Shown here piece by piece: positions 29,718 through 39,940 of a stretch of DNA of 64,000 bases (position 1 is its first letter; every line of letters starts with the position of its first letter). Origin of the DNA: Cenarchaeum sp. GTDB taxonomy: Archaea > Thermoproteota > Nitrososphaeria > Nitrososphaerales > Nitrosopumilaceae. The stretch covers positions 832,001 through 896,000 of the forward strand of contig OY843584.1 in NCBI GenBank assembly GCA_963692915.1, written 5' to 3'. The position numbers and the translations under genes were made by a program. Under the pieces are notes generated by a model, which was given only the letters and a program-made list of their open reading frames with translations, searched no databases and had not been told where the DNA came from.

Positions 29718-30824
29718 GTGGGAATCCCCGAAAAGATCAAGGCCATACAGGACGAGATGGCACGCACGCAGATCAACAAGGCCACCGAGCACCACCTTGG
29801 CCTCCTGCGCGCAAAGATAGCGAGGCTCAAGCGCGAGCAGGAGGACTCGGCATCTGGCGGGGCCCAGGATTCTGAGGGCTTTGACGTAAGGCGCACGGGG
29901 GACGCGACAGTCGTCTTTATCGGCCTTCCAAGCGTCGGCAAGTCGACGCTGCTCAACGCGCTCACCGGCGCCAAGTCAACAGTTGGCGCATTCCAGTTCA
30001 CGACACTCACTGTAGTTCCCGGAATGATGGAGTACAAGGGTGCGCGCATACAGGTTCTTGACCTGCCCGGAATAATAAAGGGCGCATCAACAGGGCGCGG
30101 CATGGGAAAACGAATGCTCGCCGTTGCCAGAAATGCCGACCTTGTGCTGCTTGTGCTCGACGTGTTCCAGCCATACCATGAGGATGTCCTAGTCAACGAG
30201 CTTGGAAACGTTGGCATTCGCCTAAACCAGGATCCGCCAAACATAACTATTGAAAAGACGCACAGTGGCGGGATAGCCATTGCGCAGCAGGTTCACCTCA
30301 CAAAGACGACGGAGCGTCTCCTTACTGACGTCCTGCACGTGTATGGCATCAACAGTGCGCGCGTCGTCATAAGGGAGGACGTGACCTCAGACCAGATCAT
30401 AGACCGCATATCAGGCAACAGGACGTACGCCAAGGCCCTCACCATCGTCAACAAGATAGACCTCGTCGACGCGGATTTCCTTGATGCCATGCGAAAAAAG
30501 GTAAAGGCCGGACACCTCGAGGTCTCAGCAGACACTGGAGCCGGAGTCGAGGAGCTCAAGGATCGCATATACGCCGAGCTCAGGTTCATACGCATCTACA
30601 TGAGGCCAAAGGGCGGCAAGGCCGACTATGTAGAACCGCTCATAATGAGGGAGGGCGACACGGTTGGTGACGTGTGCGACAAGCTCCACCGGACGATGAG
30701 GCGCAAGTTCCGCTATGCGATGATCTGGGGCAGCAGCGTAAAGTTTGGCGGCCAGCGCATAGGCATAGAGCACAAGCTCCATGACGAGGACGTCCTGACC
30801 ATAATCAAGGCACAATGGGCGTGA
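29718..30824 (+). CDS. DRG/RBG1 OBG-family GTPase with TGS domain
   Basis: QINKATEHH, GLPSVGKS, FTTLT, DLPG, NKID. Confidence 0.96.
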   Translation: MGIPEKIKAIQDEMARTQINKATEHHLGLLRAKIARLKREQEDSASGGAQDSEGFDVRRTGDATVVFIGLPSVGKSTLLNALTGAKSTVGAFQFTTLTVVPGMMEYKGARIQVLDLPGIIKGASTGRGMGKRMLAVARNADLVLLVLDVFQPYHEDVLVNELGNVGIRLNQDPPNITIEKTHSGGIAIAQQVHLTKTTERLLTDVLHVYGINSARVVIREDVTSDQIIDRISGNRTYAKALTIVNKIDLVDADFLDAMRKKVKAGHLEVSADTGAGVEELKDRIYAELRFIRIYMRPKGGKADYVEPLIMREGDTVGDVCDKLHRTMRRKFRYAMIWGSSVKFGGQRIGIEHKLHDEDVLTIIKAQWA

Positions 30825-31002
30825 TTCTGTCGACCCACGTGCACAAACACGCGTAAAATGCGCCATTTTGGGCGCCAATTTGCGCAGTGAACGTGGTCAC
30901 AGTGCTGCGATCTTGTGCCAAATTTCGTTTACTATTTGTTATCAAATTGTGTAATAATGTTTAGTATTGCTTTAGAAAAACTATGAGTTGCTCGCAGATG
31001 TA

Positions 31003-31425
31003 ATGGCTACCAAGAGAAAAGCAGTCTCTAGGAAACGCACCTCAACGAAGAGAAGGACTACTAGGAAGACGACAAGGAAGACAACTAGGAAAACGACTAG
31101 GAAGACAACTAGGAAAACGACAAGAAAGACGACAAGAAGGAAGACCACGACGAAGAGGACCGCTACCAAGAGGCGTACAACACGACGCAAGACAGCTGCA
31201 AAGGCAAAGCCCACAAGGAGGCGCAGACGAAAGTCGGCAACTTCGGCAAAGCCCAAGCGCACAGTCAGGAGGCGCAGACGAAAGTCGGCAACTTCGGCAA
31301 AGCCCAAGCGCACGGTGAAGAGGCGTAGACGAAAGTCAACGACCGCAAAGCCCGCAACGCGCAGGCGTCGTCGTACGACCAAGACTGCTGCAGCCCCAAA
31401 GAAACGCAGGCGAAGACGCGCATAG
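31003..31425 (+). CDS. Extremely basic K/R/T-rich protein (histone H1/protamine-like)
   Basis: TTRK tetrapeptide array and KPKRTVRRRRRKSATSA repeats; synonymous variation among repeats; AT-rich promoter and downstream terminator. Confidence 0.8.
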   Translation: MATKRKAVSRKRTSTKRRTTRKTTRKTTRKTTRKTTRKTTRKTTRRKTTTKRTATKRRTTRRKTAAKAKPTRRRRRKSATSAKPKRTVRRRRRKSATSAKPKRTVKRRRRKSTTAKPATRRRRRTTKTAAAPKKRRRRRA

Positions 31426-31445
31426 CCGTCATCACCTAAATCAGG

Positions 31446-31467
31446 GTCGCCTTTGGCGACTTTTTTT
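31446..31467 (+). terminator. Hairpin plus oligo-T terminator
   Basis: GTCGCC-TTT-GGCGAC followed by T7. Confidence 0.7.
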
Positions 31468-31516
31468 CCAATTATTTTAGATTCAATCCCCTATAGGGTC
31501 TGCCCAGAATATCTGC

Positions 31517-31810
31517 CTACTTGAACATCTGTCTTGGTGGAGGCGGAGACTCGACCTTGCCCTTTATGTTGCCCCTTGGAACGGTGAACGTTCTCTCGGC
31601 CGGAAGGACGGATATCTTTACTGACGTGTTTATCGCATAGTGTGGAGTCCCGTCAGGGTTTGTGTAGTTGGTTGCCTTGCCGACCCTGTCGAGATCTACT
31701 TTTACCTTTACAACCGTGTCATCCTCAAGCTTGAAGGACATGTACTCGTTCTCGAGGCGCGCATGGTCCAGCATGCGAAACTCGACCTTGTCGTCAGGAG
31801 GCATCAACAC
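31517..31810 (-). CDS. Small hypothetical protein
   Basis: FKLEDDTVVKVK...NPDGTPHY, globular composition. Confidence 0.75.
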   Translation of the reverse strand: MLMPPDDKVEFRMLDHARLENEYMSFKLEDDTVVKVKVDLDRVGKATNYTNPDGTPHYAINTSVKISVLPAERTFTVPRGNIKGKVESPPPPRQMFK

Positions 31811-31885
31811 GCGTGGCGGGGCTCGAGCTATTTCAACATAACGGCCTGCGCGCGCACTTTGAGCCAGGCAGAATCCACACGTACG

Positions 31886-33340
31886 CTAGTACAGGTAGCT
31901 CATGAGGCGGATCTGCTCCTCGGTCGTGATTATGTCCTTTGCCTTTAGGGTGTCGAGGAGATCCTTAAAGATCGCCTTTTGATCCTCTGACATTGCACCA
32001 GACGTGCCCTTGTCACCTGGCGGGCCGGGTGGGCCCGGCGGACCCGGGGGGCCAACCTCGCCCTGTCCGCCGCGCGGGCCGGGCTCTCCGGCCGGACCGG
32101 CCGAACCCACCGGACCTCGCGCGCCCTGTGGACCCTGTATCCCCTGTGGGCCGTGCATGCCCTTATCACCTGGAGGGCCGGGCGGACCGCGCTCGCCTTG
32201 CGGTCCCTGTGATCCCTGTGGACCCTTGTCACCGGGCAAACCCTGCATCCCGGGCTGTCCCTTCTCGCCTAGTGGGCCGGCAGAACCCTTTTCTCCAATC
32301 TCGCCCTGTGGTCCGGGAATTCCGGTCAGGCCCTTCTGTCCCATCTCGCCCTGCGGGCCGGACGGACCCTTGTCGCCCGGAGTTCCCTGCGGGCCGTCCT
32401 CTCCCTTGTCACCCGGAGGACCCGGCGGGCCGGTAGTCCCCTTGTCACCATGCGGACCCGGCGGGCCCTTGTCACCATGCGGACCCGGCGGGCCTTGCAG
32501 ACCCTTGTCACCAGACGGGCCGCGTGCTCCCGTCTCCCCCTTTGAGCCGGGCGCACCCCGCTCTCCGGTGATCCCCTTGTCACCAATTGATCCCTGTGGA
32601 CCCTTGTCGCCCTTTGAGCCCACCTGGCCCCTCGGGCCCTGGGGGCCTCTGTCGCCCGGCGAGCCGGTCGGGCCGGTCGTTCCCTTGTCGCCCGGTGGAC
32701 CTGACGGACCCTTGTCGCCCTTGTCACCCTTGTCGCCGGTGAGACCCTTTGAGCCGGGCTTACCCTTCGCGCCGGGCGGTCCGGACACGCCGCGCGGTCC
32801 GGGCAAACCCTGCGTTCCGGTCGGTCCGGCGCTGCCGCGCTCACCAGGAGGACCCTGCGCGCCGCGCGCGCCCTTGTCACCCAGGGGACCCGGCGCGCCG
32901 CGCGCGCCCTGCTTTGCGCGCGGTTCATTGGAGCGAGGTTGCCTTTGCACATCACGTTGCCGGGGCGCCTCTGGACGGCCTCCTGGAACGGCAGCCTCAA
33001 AGACTGTGCATTCGCCAGAAAAGACGTCGTTTACAACAACCCAGACCGAGCCGAGCCCAAACACAGAGTCCGGAATCGGCCGCTGACCATCGCCTCCCAG
33101 CGAGACGGCAAACTCGCCGTCCTTTACCTTCAGGTGGAAATCAGAAGACCACAAGGCATCAAATGACCTTGAGGAGGCCGATGCGGCATCTGGTCTCTCG
33201 CCGACGAGTGATATGGCGGCCTCAAATACGCCCGAGCCGGCAAACGGTGAGCGTCCTCCCACGTCCAGCGTCCTGATCCGGTCCGGCATGGATCGCAGCT
33301 CAGATGCCAAGTATTTTTGTATTTTGTCATGTGTGGGCAC
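31886..33340 (-). CDS. Collagen-like protein (about 100 Gly-X-Y triplets)
   Basis: Continuous GXY repeats (GPPGDKG etc.) from ~32920 to ~32000, flanked by non-repetitive domains. Confidence 0.93.
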   Translation of the reverse strand: MPTHDKIQKYLASELRSMPDRIRTLDVGGRSPFAGSGVFEAAISLVGERPDAASASSRSFDALWSSDFHLKVKDGEFAVSLGGDGQRPIPDSVFGLGSVWVVVNDVFSGECTVFEAAVPGGRPEAPRQRDVQRQPRSNEPRAKQGARGAPGPLGDKGARGAQGPPGERGSAGPTGTQGLPGPRGVSGPPGAKGKPGSKGLTGDKGDKGDKGPSGPPGDKGTTGPTGSPGDRGPQGPRGQVGSKGDKGPQGSIGDKGITGERGAPGSKGETGARGPSGDKGLQGPPGPHGDKGPPGPHGDKGTTGPPGPPGDKGEDGPQGTPGDKGPSGPQGEMGQKGLTGIPGPQGEIGEKGSAGPLGEKGQPGMQGLPGDKGPQGSQGPQGERGPPGPPGDKGMHGPQGIQGPQGARGPVGSAGPAGEPGPRGGQGEVGPPGPPGPPGPPGDKGTSGAMSEDQKAIFKDLLDTLKAKDIITTEEQIRLMSYLY

Positions 33341-33342
33341 GG
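33327..33342. repeat. Target-site duplication, left copy (TCATGTGTGGGCACGG)
   Basis: Identical to 34435-34450. Confidence 0.95.
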
Positions 33343-34434
33343 TGTTTTATACGAAAAGTAGTAGACTCACTCATTCGAGTCCACCTCCATCCACCTCGGG
33401 TTCTCCGCCCGGACCCGCCCGTCGGCCCTGCGCCTCCTGTAGGCCAGCAGGGGCGTCTCGCCGCCCTTGATGTCCAGGGCGAAGTGGAGGCGCCTCTCGT
33501 TGTAGTACGCGATGAACTCGGGGACCCCGCCAAAGTGGCCGATCTCCGTCTCGAGCGTCTGGAAGAACCTCTCGACCTTGCCGTTGGTCTGGGGGTGGCG
33601 GACGCGCGCCATGAGGTGCGCTATGTCGCGGTCCAGCAGCTCCCGCTCGAAGAGCGTCGGCGTCCAGCTGCGGCTCGGCGTGCCGCGCCGGCTTGCCGTG
33701 AACTGCGTGCCGTGGTCCGAGAGGATCTGCGCCGGCGCGCCAAACATCCTGATCGCCTTTCGCAGCGCAAGCACGGAGTTTTCCGACGTGGCCTCGGCGA
33801 ACACGCCAAAGCCCGTGACGCACCGCGACGCGTCGTCGAGGAACACTATGAGGTGCGAGCCCGCAAGTGGCCCGTATTTCATTATGTGCCAGTCCACGTG
33901 CCACAGCGCGCCGGAGTGCGCGCGCTCGAACCTGACCCACTTTCGCCTGCGCGACTTCGCCCGCGACCTCGTGACGAGCCCCTCCGCCAGCATGATGCGG
34001 TACACCGACCAGTACGTTATTTTTGAGTTGTTGCCGCGCAGCCCCTCGGCCACGCGCACGACGCCGGCCGGCCGGTCGGCGTGCTCGCCGAGGACCTCGG
34101 CCACCTCGCCGTCGGTGACGTCCCTGCGCGGCCTTCCCATCGGCCGCGGCTCCGGCGGCGCGCCGGTGCGCCGGCAGTGCGCGCGAAGCCTGTACGACCA
34201 CGCCCTGGAGATCCCCAGCTCGCGCGCCACCTCCTCGGCGCTCCGCGTCGCCAGCGTCCTGGCCACGTACCGGAGCGCCCTGTCGTCAAGCCTCCTGACC
34301 GGCATGGCGCGCCGGCGGCGGAGCCCCCCAAACGTATGTTTCGGCAGCCTGCCGGATCCCGGGGCGCCCCCGGGGCTCCCGGATCTGCGCCCGGCAAGCA
34401 TTCCTGCCCAGTCTACTACTTTTCGTACAAGGCA
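33343..34434 (-). mobile_element. Complete IS481-family insertion sequence (1092 bp)
   Basis: 25-bp imperfect IRs TGTTTTATACGAAAAGTAGTAGACT (33343-33367) and the reverse complement of 34410-34434 (TGCCTTGTACGAAAAGTAGTAGACT); 16-bp flanking direct repeat. Confidence 0.95.
33367..34305 (-). CDS. IS481-family DDE transposase
   Basis: N-terminal HTH, LWHVD, DDASR, ILSDHGTQF, HPQTNGKVERFF, YYNERRLH; alternative start 34401. Confidence 0.93.
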   Translation of the reverse strand: MPVRRLDDRALRYVARTLATRSAEEVARELGISRAWSYRLRAHCRRTGAPPEPRPMGRPRRDVTDGEVAEVLGEHADRPAGVVRVAEGLRGNNSKITYWSVYRIMLAEGLVTRSRAKSRRRKWVRFERAHSGALWHVDWHIMKYGPLAGSHLIVFLDDASRCVTGFGVFAEATSENSVLALRKAIRMFGAPAQILSDHGTQFTASRRGTPSRSWTPTLFERELLDRDIAHLMARVRHPQTNGKVERFFQTLETEIGHFGGVPEFIAYYNERRLHFALDIKGGETPLLAYRRRRADGRVRAENPRWMEVDSNE

Positions 34435-34450
34435 TCATGTGTGGGCACGG
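34435..34450. repeat. Target-site duplication, right copy
   Basis: Identical to 33327-33342. Confidence 0.95.
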
Positions 34451-34518
34451 GGGCACGGCGCGCAGGCGTGGCTGGTGGGCAGCTCCTAGAATGGTATTTA
34501 TCTAGAAACGTGCTGCCA

Positions 34519-35625
34519 ATGCCCAACATGAAGCGCAAGGAGGGCGAGAAGGGCGATGTGCCGGCACGGCGCGGCGAGGATGGTCTCGCAAAGCCGGACT
34601 ATCAGCTCCAGAAATACCTCAAAAAGGGCATAAACTGCATGGCCGACGATAGGCTCGATGAGGCCGTCGCGCATTTTGAGCGGGCCCTAGCCTTTGAGCC
34701 CGGCAACGTGGAGGTCCTGCTAAAGCTAGGGTACGCGCGGTTCCACATGGACGACCACGCCGAGGCGATGCGCGTGTATGACCGCGTGCTTGACATTGAC
34801 GTCGCCAACGCCGAGGCATGGAACCTAAAGTCCCTCATACACTATGGTCAAAAGAACTATGCGCGCGCACTAGACAGCGTCGAGAAGGCGATCGACTCTG
34901 ATCCAAAGTTCGGCATGGCTCGCTACAACAGGGCGTGCTACCTGTCGATGTTGGGCAGGGTGACTGAGTCGATCGAGGCGCTAAAGCGCTCCATAGAGGT
35001 CGACGTAAAGAACGCACGGCGCGCAGTCAAGGACAGGGACTTTCAGAATGTGCGCATCGAGGACGGCTTTAAGAGGATAATAGAGGTCGTCGTCCTCGAG
35101 TCCGTGAGGCAGGGATACCACACGATAGGCGCAATAGTGTGGACAACGTTTCTGGACAGGGTCGACGCCGAGGAGGCCCTGCGCAACCTGATGCAAAAGG
35201 GCCTGCTCACAATGCATGAGAGGCGTGATGGCTTTCACAAGATACCCACGTATGACCTCGCCGACACGGTCGCAAAAAAGCTGCCTCCGATCAAGCGCGG
35301 ACTCTTTGGGATCAAAAAGTCATCACCCGCCGAGGTCGGTGGCCTCAAGAGGCTGAGCAGCGCAATACAGGATGTCAAGGTGAGCATCGGCGAGGAGGAT
35401 GTACCAGCAACGCTTGAGAACCTCGAGCAGTTCATCGACCCAAAGAGGTGCGGCGAGCACATGATCGAGAACTTTTTGGAGGAGCATCGTGAGATGCGCC
35501 TGTGGAAGGTGAGGCTAGCTGACGGGTCAGTGGACTTTTTGCGCGACAACAAGAAAAAGATGATGACGATGCTAGAGAACGTAGAGGCCTCGGTGACAAA
35601 GCAGCTTCGCAACGAGGTCGGCTAG
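34519..35625 (+). CDS. Tetratricopeptide repeat protein
   Basis: Several TPR units (A...FERAL..EP.N, AEAWNLKS, ARYNRACY); the longer ORF from 34081 is an artefact of the IS. Confidence 0.9.
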   Translation: MPNMKRKEGEKGDVPARRGEDGLAKPDYQLQKYLKKGINCMADDRLDEAVAHFERALAFEPGNVEVLLKLGYARFHMDDHAEAMRVYDRVLDIDVANAEAWNLKSLIHYGQKNYARALDSVEKAIDSDPKFGMARYNRACYLSMLGRVTESIEALKRSIEVDVKNARRAVKDRDFQNVRIEDGFKRIIEVVVLESVRQGYHTIGAIVWTTFLDRVDAEEALRNLMQKGLLTMHERRDGFHKIPTYDLADTVAKKLPPIKRGLFGIKKSSPAEVGGLKRLSSAIQDVKVSIGEEDVPATLENLEQFIDPKRCGEHMIENFLEEHREMRLWKVRLADGSVDFLRDNKKKMMTMLENVEASVTKQLRNEVG

Positions 35626-35635
35626 GCCGCGTGTG

Positions 35636-36448
35636 CTACTCGGCTGACAGATCCCAATAGTTTGCGTCAGCCTGCGTCTCTAGTGGCTTTTTGAGACCCT
35701 TCCACTCCCTAAATGAGCGCACATAGAGGCGCACGTTTGGCATTCCGGCCGAGCGCAGCGCGCAGTAGGCCAGGCCCGAGAGCGTCCCAACGCTGCCGCA
35801 GTACGTGATGACCTCAGCGCCCTGGCGTATGCCACGATTCTCAAGGAGGCGCGCGATCTCCTCGCGCGGGCGCAGGACGCTGCCCTCGGCGCCCAGCGTC
35901 CTGTAGGGTATGTTGATCGCGCCGGGGATGTGGTTCTCTAGATAGTTGAGGCGTTCCCTGTTGTCGACTAGGACGACATCGCCGCGCGAGGCCGCATCCT
36001 CGAGGTATGCTGCCGTGGCGAGCGTCTCAGGACGCGGACTGACTGTGTGCGTCGAGGCCTCCACGCCATGGGTGTCAGTTGAAACCTCGAGTCCGCGCGA
36101 CTCCCACTGCGAGTATGTCGAGTCAAGGAGCGCAACGTTCCTGTGTCCAATGTGCTCTAGTGACCACACGAGTCGCGAGGCGAGCGCCCCAAACGTGTCA
36201 TCATAGGCGACGACGCGCGTAGAGTCCCCAATGCCGGCCTGTGCTGCAAGGCGCGCAACAGAGGAGTCACTGTCATCTGCCAAGAGCTCGGAGAGCGGCA
36301 GGTTTACGGCCGACGGGATGTGCCCTCGCGCATACTCTTCGGGCTTTCTGACGTCAATAACACGCGTCTGCCCGTCGCGCAGCTCCCCAGACAGGCAATC
36401 AGCGCTAGTGAGCATGCCTCCGGCGGCGTCCGGCTCGGCGCCGCTCAT
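35636..36448 (-). CDS. Rhodanese/thiosulfate sulfurtransferase (tandem domains)
   Basis: IDVR..EY..GHIPSA, HIPGA, YCGSVG active-site loop. Confidence 0.92.
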   Translation of the reverse strand: MSGAEPDAAGGMLTSADCLSGELRDGQTRVIDVRKPEEYARGHIPSAVNLPLSELLADDSDSSVARLAAQAGIGDSTRVVAYDDTFGALASRLVWSLEHIGHRNVALLDSTYSQWESRGLEVSTDTHGVEASTHTVSPRPETLATAAYLEDAASRGDVVLVDNRERLNYLENHIPGAINIPYRTLGAEGSVLRPREEIARLLENRGIRQGAEVITYCGSVGTLSGLAYCALRSAGMPNVRLYVRSFREWKGLKKPLETQADANYWDLSAE

Positions 36449-38262
36449 GCGGCGCACTCGCCCCTTCCGGTCTTTGTGTGGTAGCCGCCGTCGCTCCCAT
36501 AGTCACTGAAAAAGTCCGCGTCATCTGACTGCGAGGGGGCCGTGGCGAGGTGCGCTAGTGCTGACTTTATGTCCTGGACAGATGAGAGTTTTGTTGCAGA
36601 CGCGCCAGAGACGATCTTGTGGATCCAGTCCCTAAAGAGGTCACCGTCCTGCCTGTCCTTTTTGTACATGTCAATGAGCTCAAGGAGCGCAGGAATGACG
36701 CGCTTTGCGGGCATGCGCATGCACATGGTGCCGAGCATCGTCTCTCCGTCAGAGCGGCCGCCAAGGGACATCTGGTACACCGGATACATGTCGCCTCCGG
36801 AGCGCGCGCCGCCGCCATAAAACCCGACTGTGGCTATGCCGTGCTGGCCACACGAGTTTGGGCAGCCGCTGATCTTTATCGACGAGCCCCGCAGGTCGGC
36901 ATCCTCGTCGAGGCCGGCCTCGGTGAACTTGCGCTGTATCTCCTTTGCGAGCCTGTGCGAGTTGGTCAGCGCGAGGTTGCACGAGGTCGTGCCCGAGCAC
37001 CCAATGGGCGCGGCCATAGTCAGCGAGCCCGGCCTTGCGAGGCCAGCCTCGAGGAGGTCGCCGTAGAGCGCGGTGAGGCCGTCCTCGCGCACGTAGCGGA
37101 GGGCAATGTTCTGCGTAAAGCCTATGCGCGCAAGTCCCTCGCCAGAGTGCGTGCGGCATATCTGCGCTAGCGCACGAAGCTGGCTTGCCGTTATGTCGCC
37201 GGCCTCGAGCGCAATAAAGACAGAGCGGAACCCGTCTTGCTTTTGCGCGCACGTGCACGTGCGCAGCCACCGCGCATACCCTTCAGGTGCGGCGCCGGCG
37301 GGCTCATCAGATACGCAAAGGCGCGGGATGACCTCATCGGGCTTGAGGTCGACGTCAAATCCCACCGTGACGGACTGTGTCGCGCGCATTATCGCGCGCT
37401 CTTTTAGGACAAGGCCCCTAAAGGCGTCCCAGCCCATGTCGTTGACAAGGTATCGCATGCGGTTCCTCGCGAGGTTCTTCCTGTCCCCAAGCCTGTCAAA
37501 TATGCGAAGGACCGCAAGTGACGTGTAGATGAGATCCTCCTGTGGCGTAAAGTCCTCAAGCTCGTGGCCAACAAATGACTTGTTGCCCAGTCCGCCACCG
37601 AGAAATATCTTGAATCCGCGCCGTTCCTCGCCGTTTTCATGGCGAACCTGCGGGAGGACGCCGACGTCGACCATTCGGACCATCCCGTGCTCCTCGCAGC
37701 ACGTAAAGTTGAACTTGAACTTGCGCGGCAGGTTTTGGTTCATCGGGTTTCGCAGGAGGAACTTTGCCGTCGCTAGCGCGTATGGCGTCGCGTCAAACGC
37801 CTCTGTGCCGCACACGCCGGAGAGCGGGCTGCACATCACATTGCGAACCGTGTTGCCGCACGCCTCGCGCGACGTGAGGCCGACTTCTGCGAGGCCACGA
37901 AATATCTCCGAGACGTCCTCGAGTATGACCCAGTGGAGCTGCACGTTCTCGCGAGTCGATACGTGTGCGCTGCCTATCGAAAATCGCTCGCTGAGCTGGG
38001 CCATCTTTTCAAGCTGTGCGGGCAGTATCTTGCCGGCCGGCACCTTTATGCGGACCATCGCATAGTCAGACGTCATGCGCGTGCCGTATGCGCCATGCTG
38101 CAGGCGAAACCTGCGAAAGCTGTCCGCGTCGTACTTGCCCTGCCTGAAGAGCCTCACCGTGCGCGAAAAGCTCTCCGTCTCCTCCTCGCGCGCCCAGTTG
38201 ATCCCCGGCTCGGGGTCGGCTACCTTTTGCGTTTGCTGCGGCTTCAACTGGCTTGATTGCAT
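36445..38262 (-). CDS. Ferredoxin-dependent sulfite/nitrite reductase (siroheme)
   Basis: TRENVQL, ACGNTVRN, LPRKFK, CSGTTSC, SGCPNSCGQH. Confidence 0.94.
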   Translation of the reverse strand: MQSSQLKPQQTQKVADPEPGINWAREEETESFSRTVRLFRQGKYDADSFRRFRLQHGAYGTRMTSDYAMVRIKVPAGKILPAQLEKMAQLSERFSIGSAHVSTRENVQLHWVILEDVSEIFRGLAEVGLTSREACGNTVRNVMCSPLSGVCGTEAFDATPYALATAKFLLRNPMNQNLPRKFKFNFTCCEEHGMVRMVDVGVLPQVRHENGEERRGFKIFLGGGLGNKSFVGHELEDFTPQEDLIYTSLAVLRIFDRLGDRKNLARNRMRYLVNDMGWDAFRGLVLKERAIMRATQSVTVGFDVDLKPDEVIPRLCVSDEPAGAAPEGYARWLRTCTCAQKQDGFRSVFIALEAGDITASQLRALAQICRTHSGEGLARIGFTQNIALRYVREDGLTALYGDLLEAGLARPGSLTMAAPIGCSGTTSCNLALTNSHRLAKEIQRKFTEAGLDEDADLRGSSIKISGCPNSCGQHGIATVGFYGGGARSGGDMYPVYQMSLGGRSDGETMLGTMCMRMPAKRVIPALLELIDMYKKDRQDGDLFRDWIHKIVSGASATKLSSVQDIKSALAHLATAPSQSDDADFFSDYGSDGGYHTKTGRGECAA

Positions 38263-38466
38263 GAGGTTTGAATATAAGCTTAAGCGTCATGGCAGCCATT
38301 CCACACGCGTGCAAGGCCACAGGCCGAGGCCATGCCTGCAGGCGCATCATCGGCGATCGACGCGCGCGAGGCGTGTGTGGGGCCAGTGCCCTCTTGACCC
38401 ATTTTGGTCAGATTGGCGCAATGTGGCATGAAGGCTTTTAACACACCACGCCAACGCCTGATCCAT

Positions 38467-39483
38467 ATGGGCTTTATGCGCAAGGACTATGTGTCCGACC
38501 GCCTCACGATAGTGGCAAAAAGGGAAAAGCGCGCAGCCGATCCAAAAAAGTCCCCACATGCGCCAGGCAACGAGTCGATGACCAACCCGTCGGTCCTCTC
38601 GCTAGTCTCCAAGGACGGCATGCTCCAGAGGCTGCAGGACAGTGAGGGCGAGTACATCAAGGGGTGGACCATACGCGTATTTGAGAGCGACAACCCAATA
38701 GTCACGACAACGCCGGAGAACACGTACGGCGAGTTTCCGCACTACAAGGAGCCCGCATACGGGTACCACTATGTCGTTATCGCCTCGCCAAACCACAAGG
38801 AGTCACTCTCGACGATAAGCGTGGAGCAGTGGTCAAACGTGCTCATCGTGGTTCAGGACCGCCTGCGATGGCTCTACACGCAAAAGGGCGTCACGTATGT
38901 GGCCATATATGCAAGCCATGCAAACGATGAGGACTCGCAAAAGGATCACCCGCGCCTCGACATTGCGACATTCTCGACGATACCCCCAGTAATTGAGAAA
39001 GAGTCGGCGATCTCGCACCGCATACTCAGCGAGCGCGGCGTGTGTCCAATGTGCCACACTGTTGAGGTCGAGGCCGGCGGACCGCGTCAGGTCCTGCAGA
39101 CTGAGGGGTTCGTCGCACTGTGCCCATGGGCACCGGCACACGAGTACGAATACTGGATATGCCCAAAAAAGCACACAACTTCATTCTCAAAGATAACGCA
39201 CAAGGAGATAAATGACCTTGCCCTAATGCTGCGCGCCACGCTCGGTGGGCTCTGCGAGACCCTAAAGGGTGTGTCATTTGGCATTGCGTTCCATCTGTCA
39301 CCGGAAAAAAAGAACAGCAAGCAGATACACTGGCATGTCGAGGTCTATCCCGTCAAGGGCGAGGTGACCGGCCTCGAGCACGGGTATGGGATACACCTAA
39401 ACCCCACGTCTCCGGAGGATGCGGCCGCCAACCTCGGAGAGGCAAGCAGAAAGGAGATTGCGCGCCTAGTCGGGATAGTGTAG
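38467..39483 (+). CDS. GalT-like uridylyltransferase/HIT-fold protein
   Basis: PGNESMT, YGYHYVVI..PNH, CPMC, HWHVEVYP; the catalytic HPH appears altered (HPR). Confidence 0.8.
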   Translation: MGFMRKDYVSDRLTIVAKREKRAADPKKSPHAPGNESMTNPSVLSLVSKDGMLQRLQDSEGEYIKGWTIRVFESDNPIVTTTPENTYGEFPHYKEPAYGYHYVVIASPNHKESLSTISVEQWSNVLIVVQDRLRWLYTQKGVTYVAIYASHANDEDSQKDHPRLDIATFSTIPPVIEKESAISHRILSERGVCPMCHTVEVEAGGPRQVLQTEGFVALCPWAPAHEYEYWICPKKHTTSFSKITHKEINDLALMLRATLGGLCETLKGVSFGIAFHLSPEKKNSKQIHWHVEVYPVKGEVTGLEHGYGIHLNPTSPEDAAANLGEASRKEIARLVGIV

Positions 39484-39487
39484 CGTC

Positions 39488-39940
39488 GTGGGAATAGAGA
39501 GGTACATTGCAGCTGCCGGCATGGGACTCTTTGCCATGTTTGCCGCCGAGATCTGTGTGCTCTATGACTTTTTACAGGATCCCTACCGCACAATCGAGGC
39601 AGCGCCAAAGATACTCCAGTTCATCTCAATCGGCGTTGCGCCTGCGTCGATTCTTGCGGCAGTCTCGTATATCATGACAAGGAGGTACGGCTCGAGGCCA
39701 ATAGGCATGATGATCTGCATCGGCGGGGTCGCGATGATGGCCGGCATGGCATACGCGCACACGCTAGTCGCCGGCATCGGCGCTGATCACCTCAATGCCA
39801 CAGTAGAGTACACGCCGATCATCTTTGCGATCCTGTCGATTCCCGTGATCGTCGTGGGCGCCTCGCTCATGCGCGAAAAGCCGAAGCCGAAGCGGCACTC
39901 TAGTCTAGATCACACCTCATGGACACAGAGTGACGACTGA
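39488..39940 (+). CDS. Hypothetical membrane protein (4 TM)
   Basis: Four hydrophobic helices. Confidence 0.75.
   Translation: MGIERYIAAAGMGLFAMFAAEICVLYDFLQDPYRTIEAAPKILQFISIGVAPASILAAVSYIMTRRYGSRPIGMMICIGGVAMMAGMAYAHTLVAGIGADHLNATVEYTPIIFAILSIPVIVVGASLMREKPKPKRHSSLDHTSWTQSDD

Noticed and set aside
32004-33086. Antisense Gly/Pro-rich ORFs over the collagen gene
   Set aside because: Shadow frames of GXY codons.
34081-34518. N-terminal extension of the TPR protein
   Set aside because: It is mostly the antisense frame of the IS481 element.
35636-38262. Functional link of sulfite reductase/rhodanese to the PT system
   Set aside because: They lie about 14 kb away among housekeeping genes; nothing in the sequence ties them to the island.
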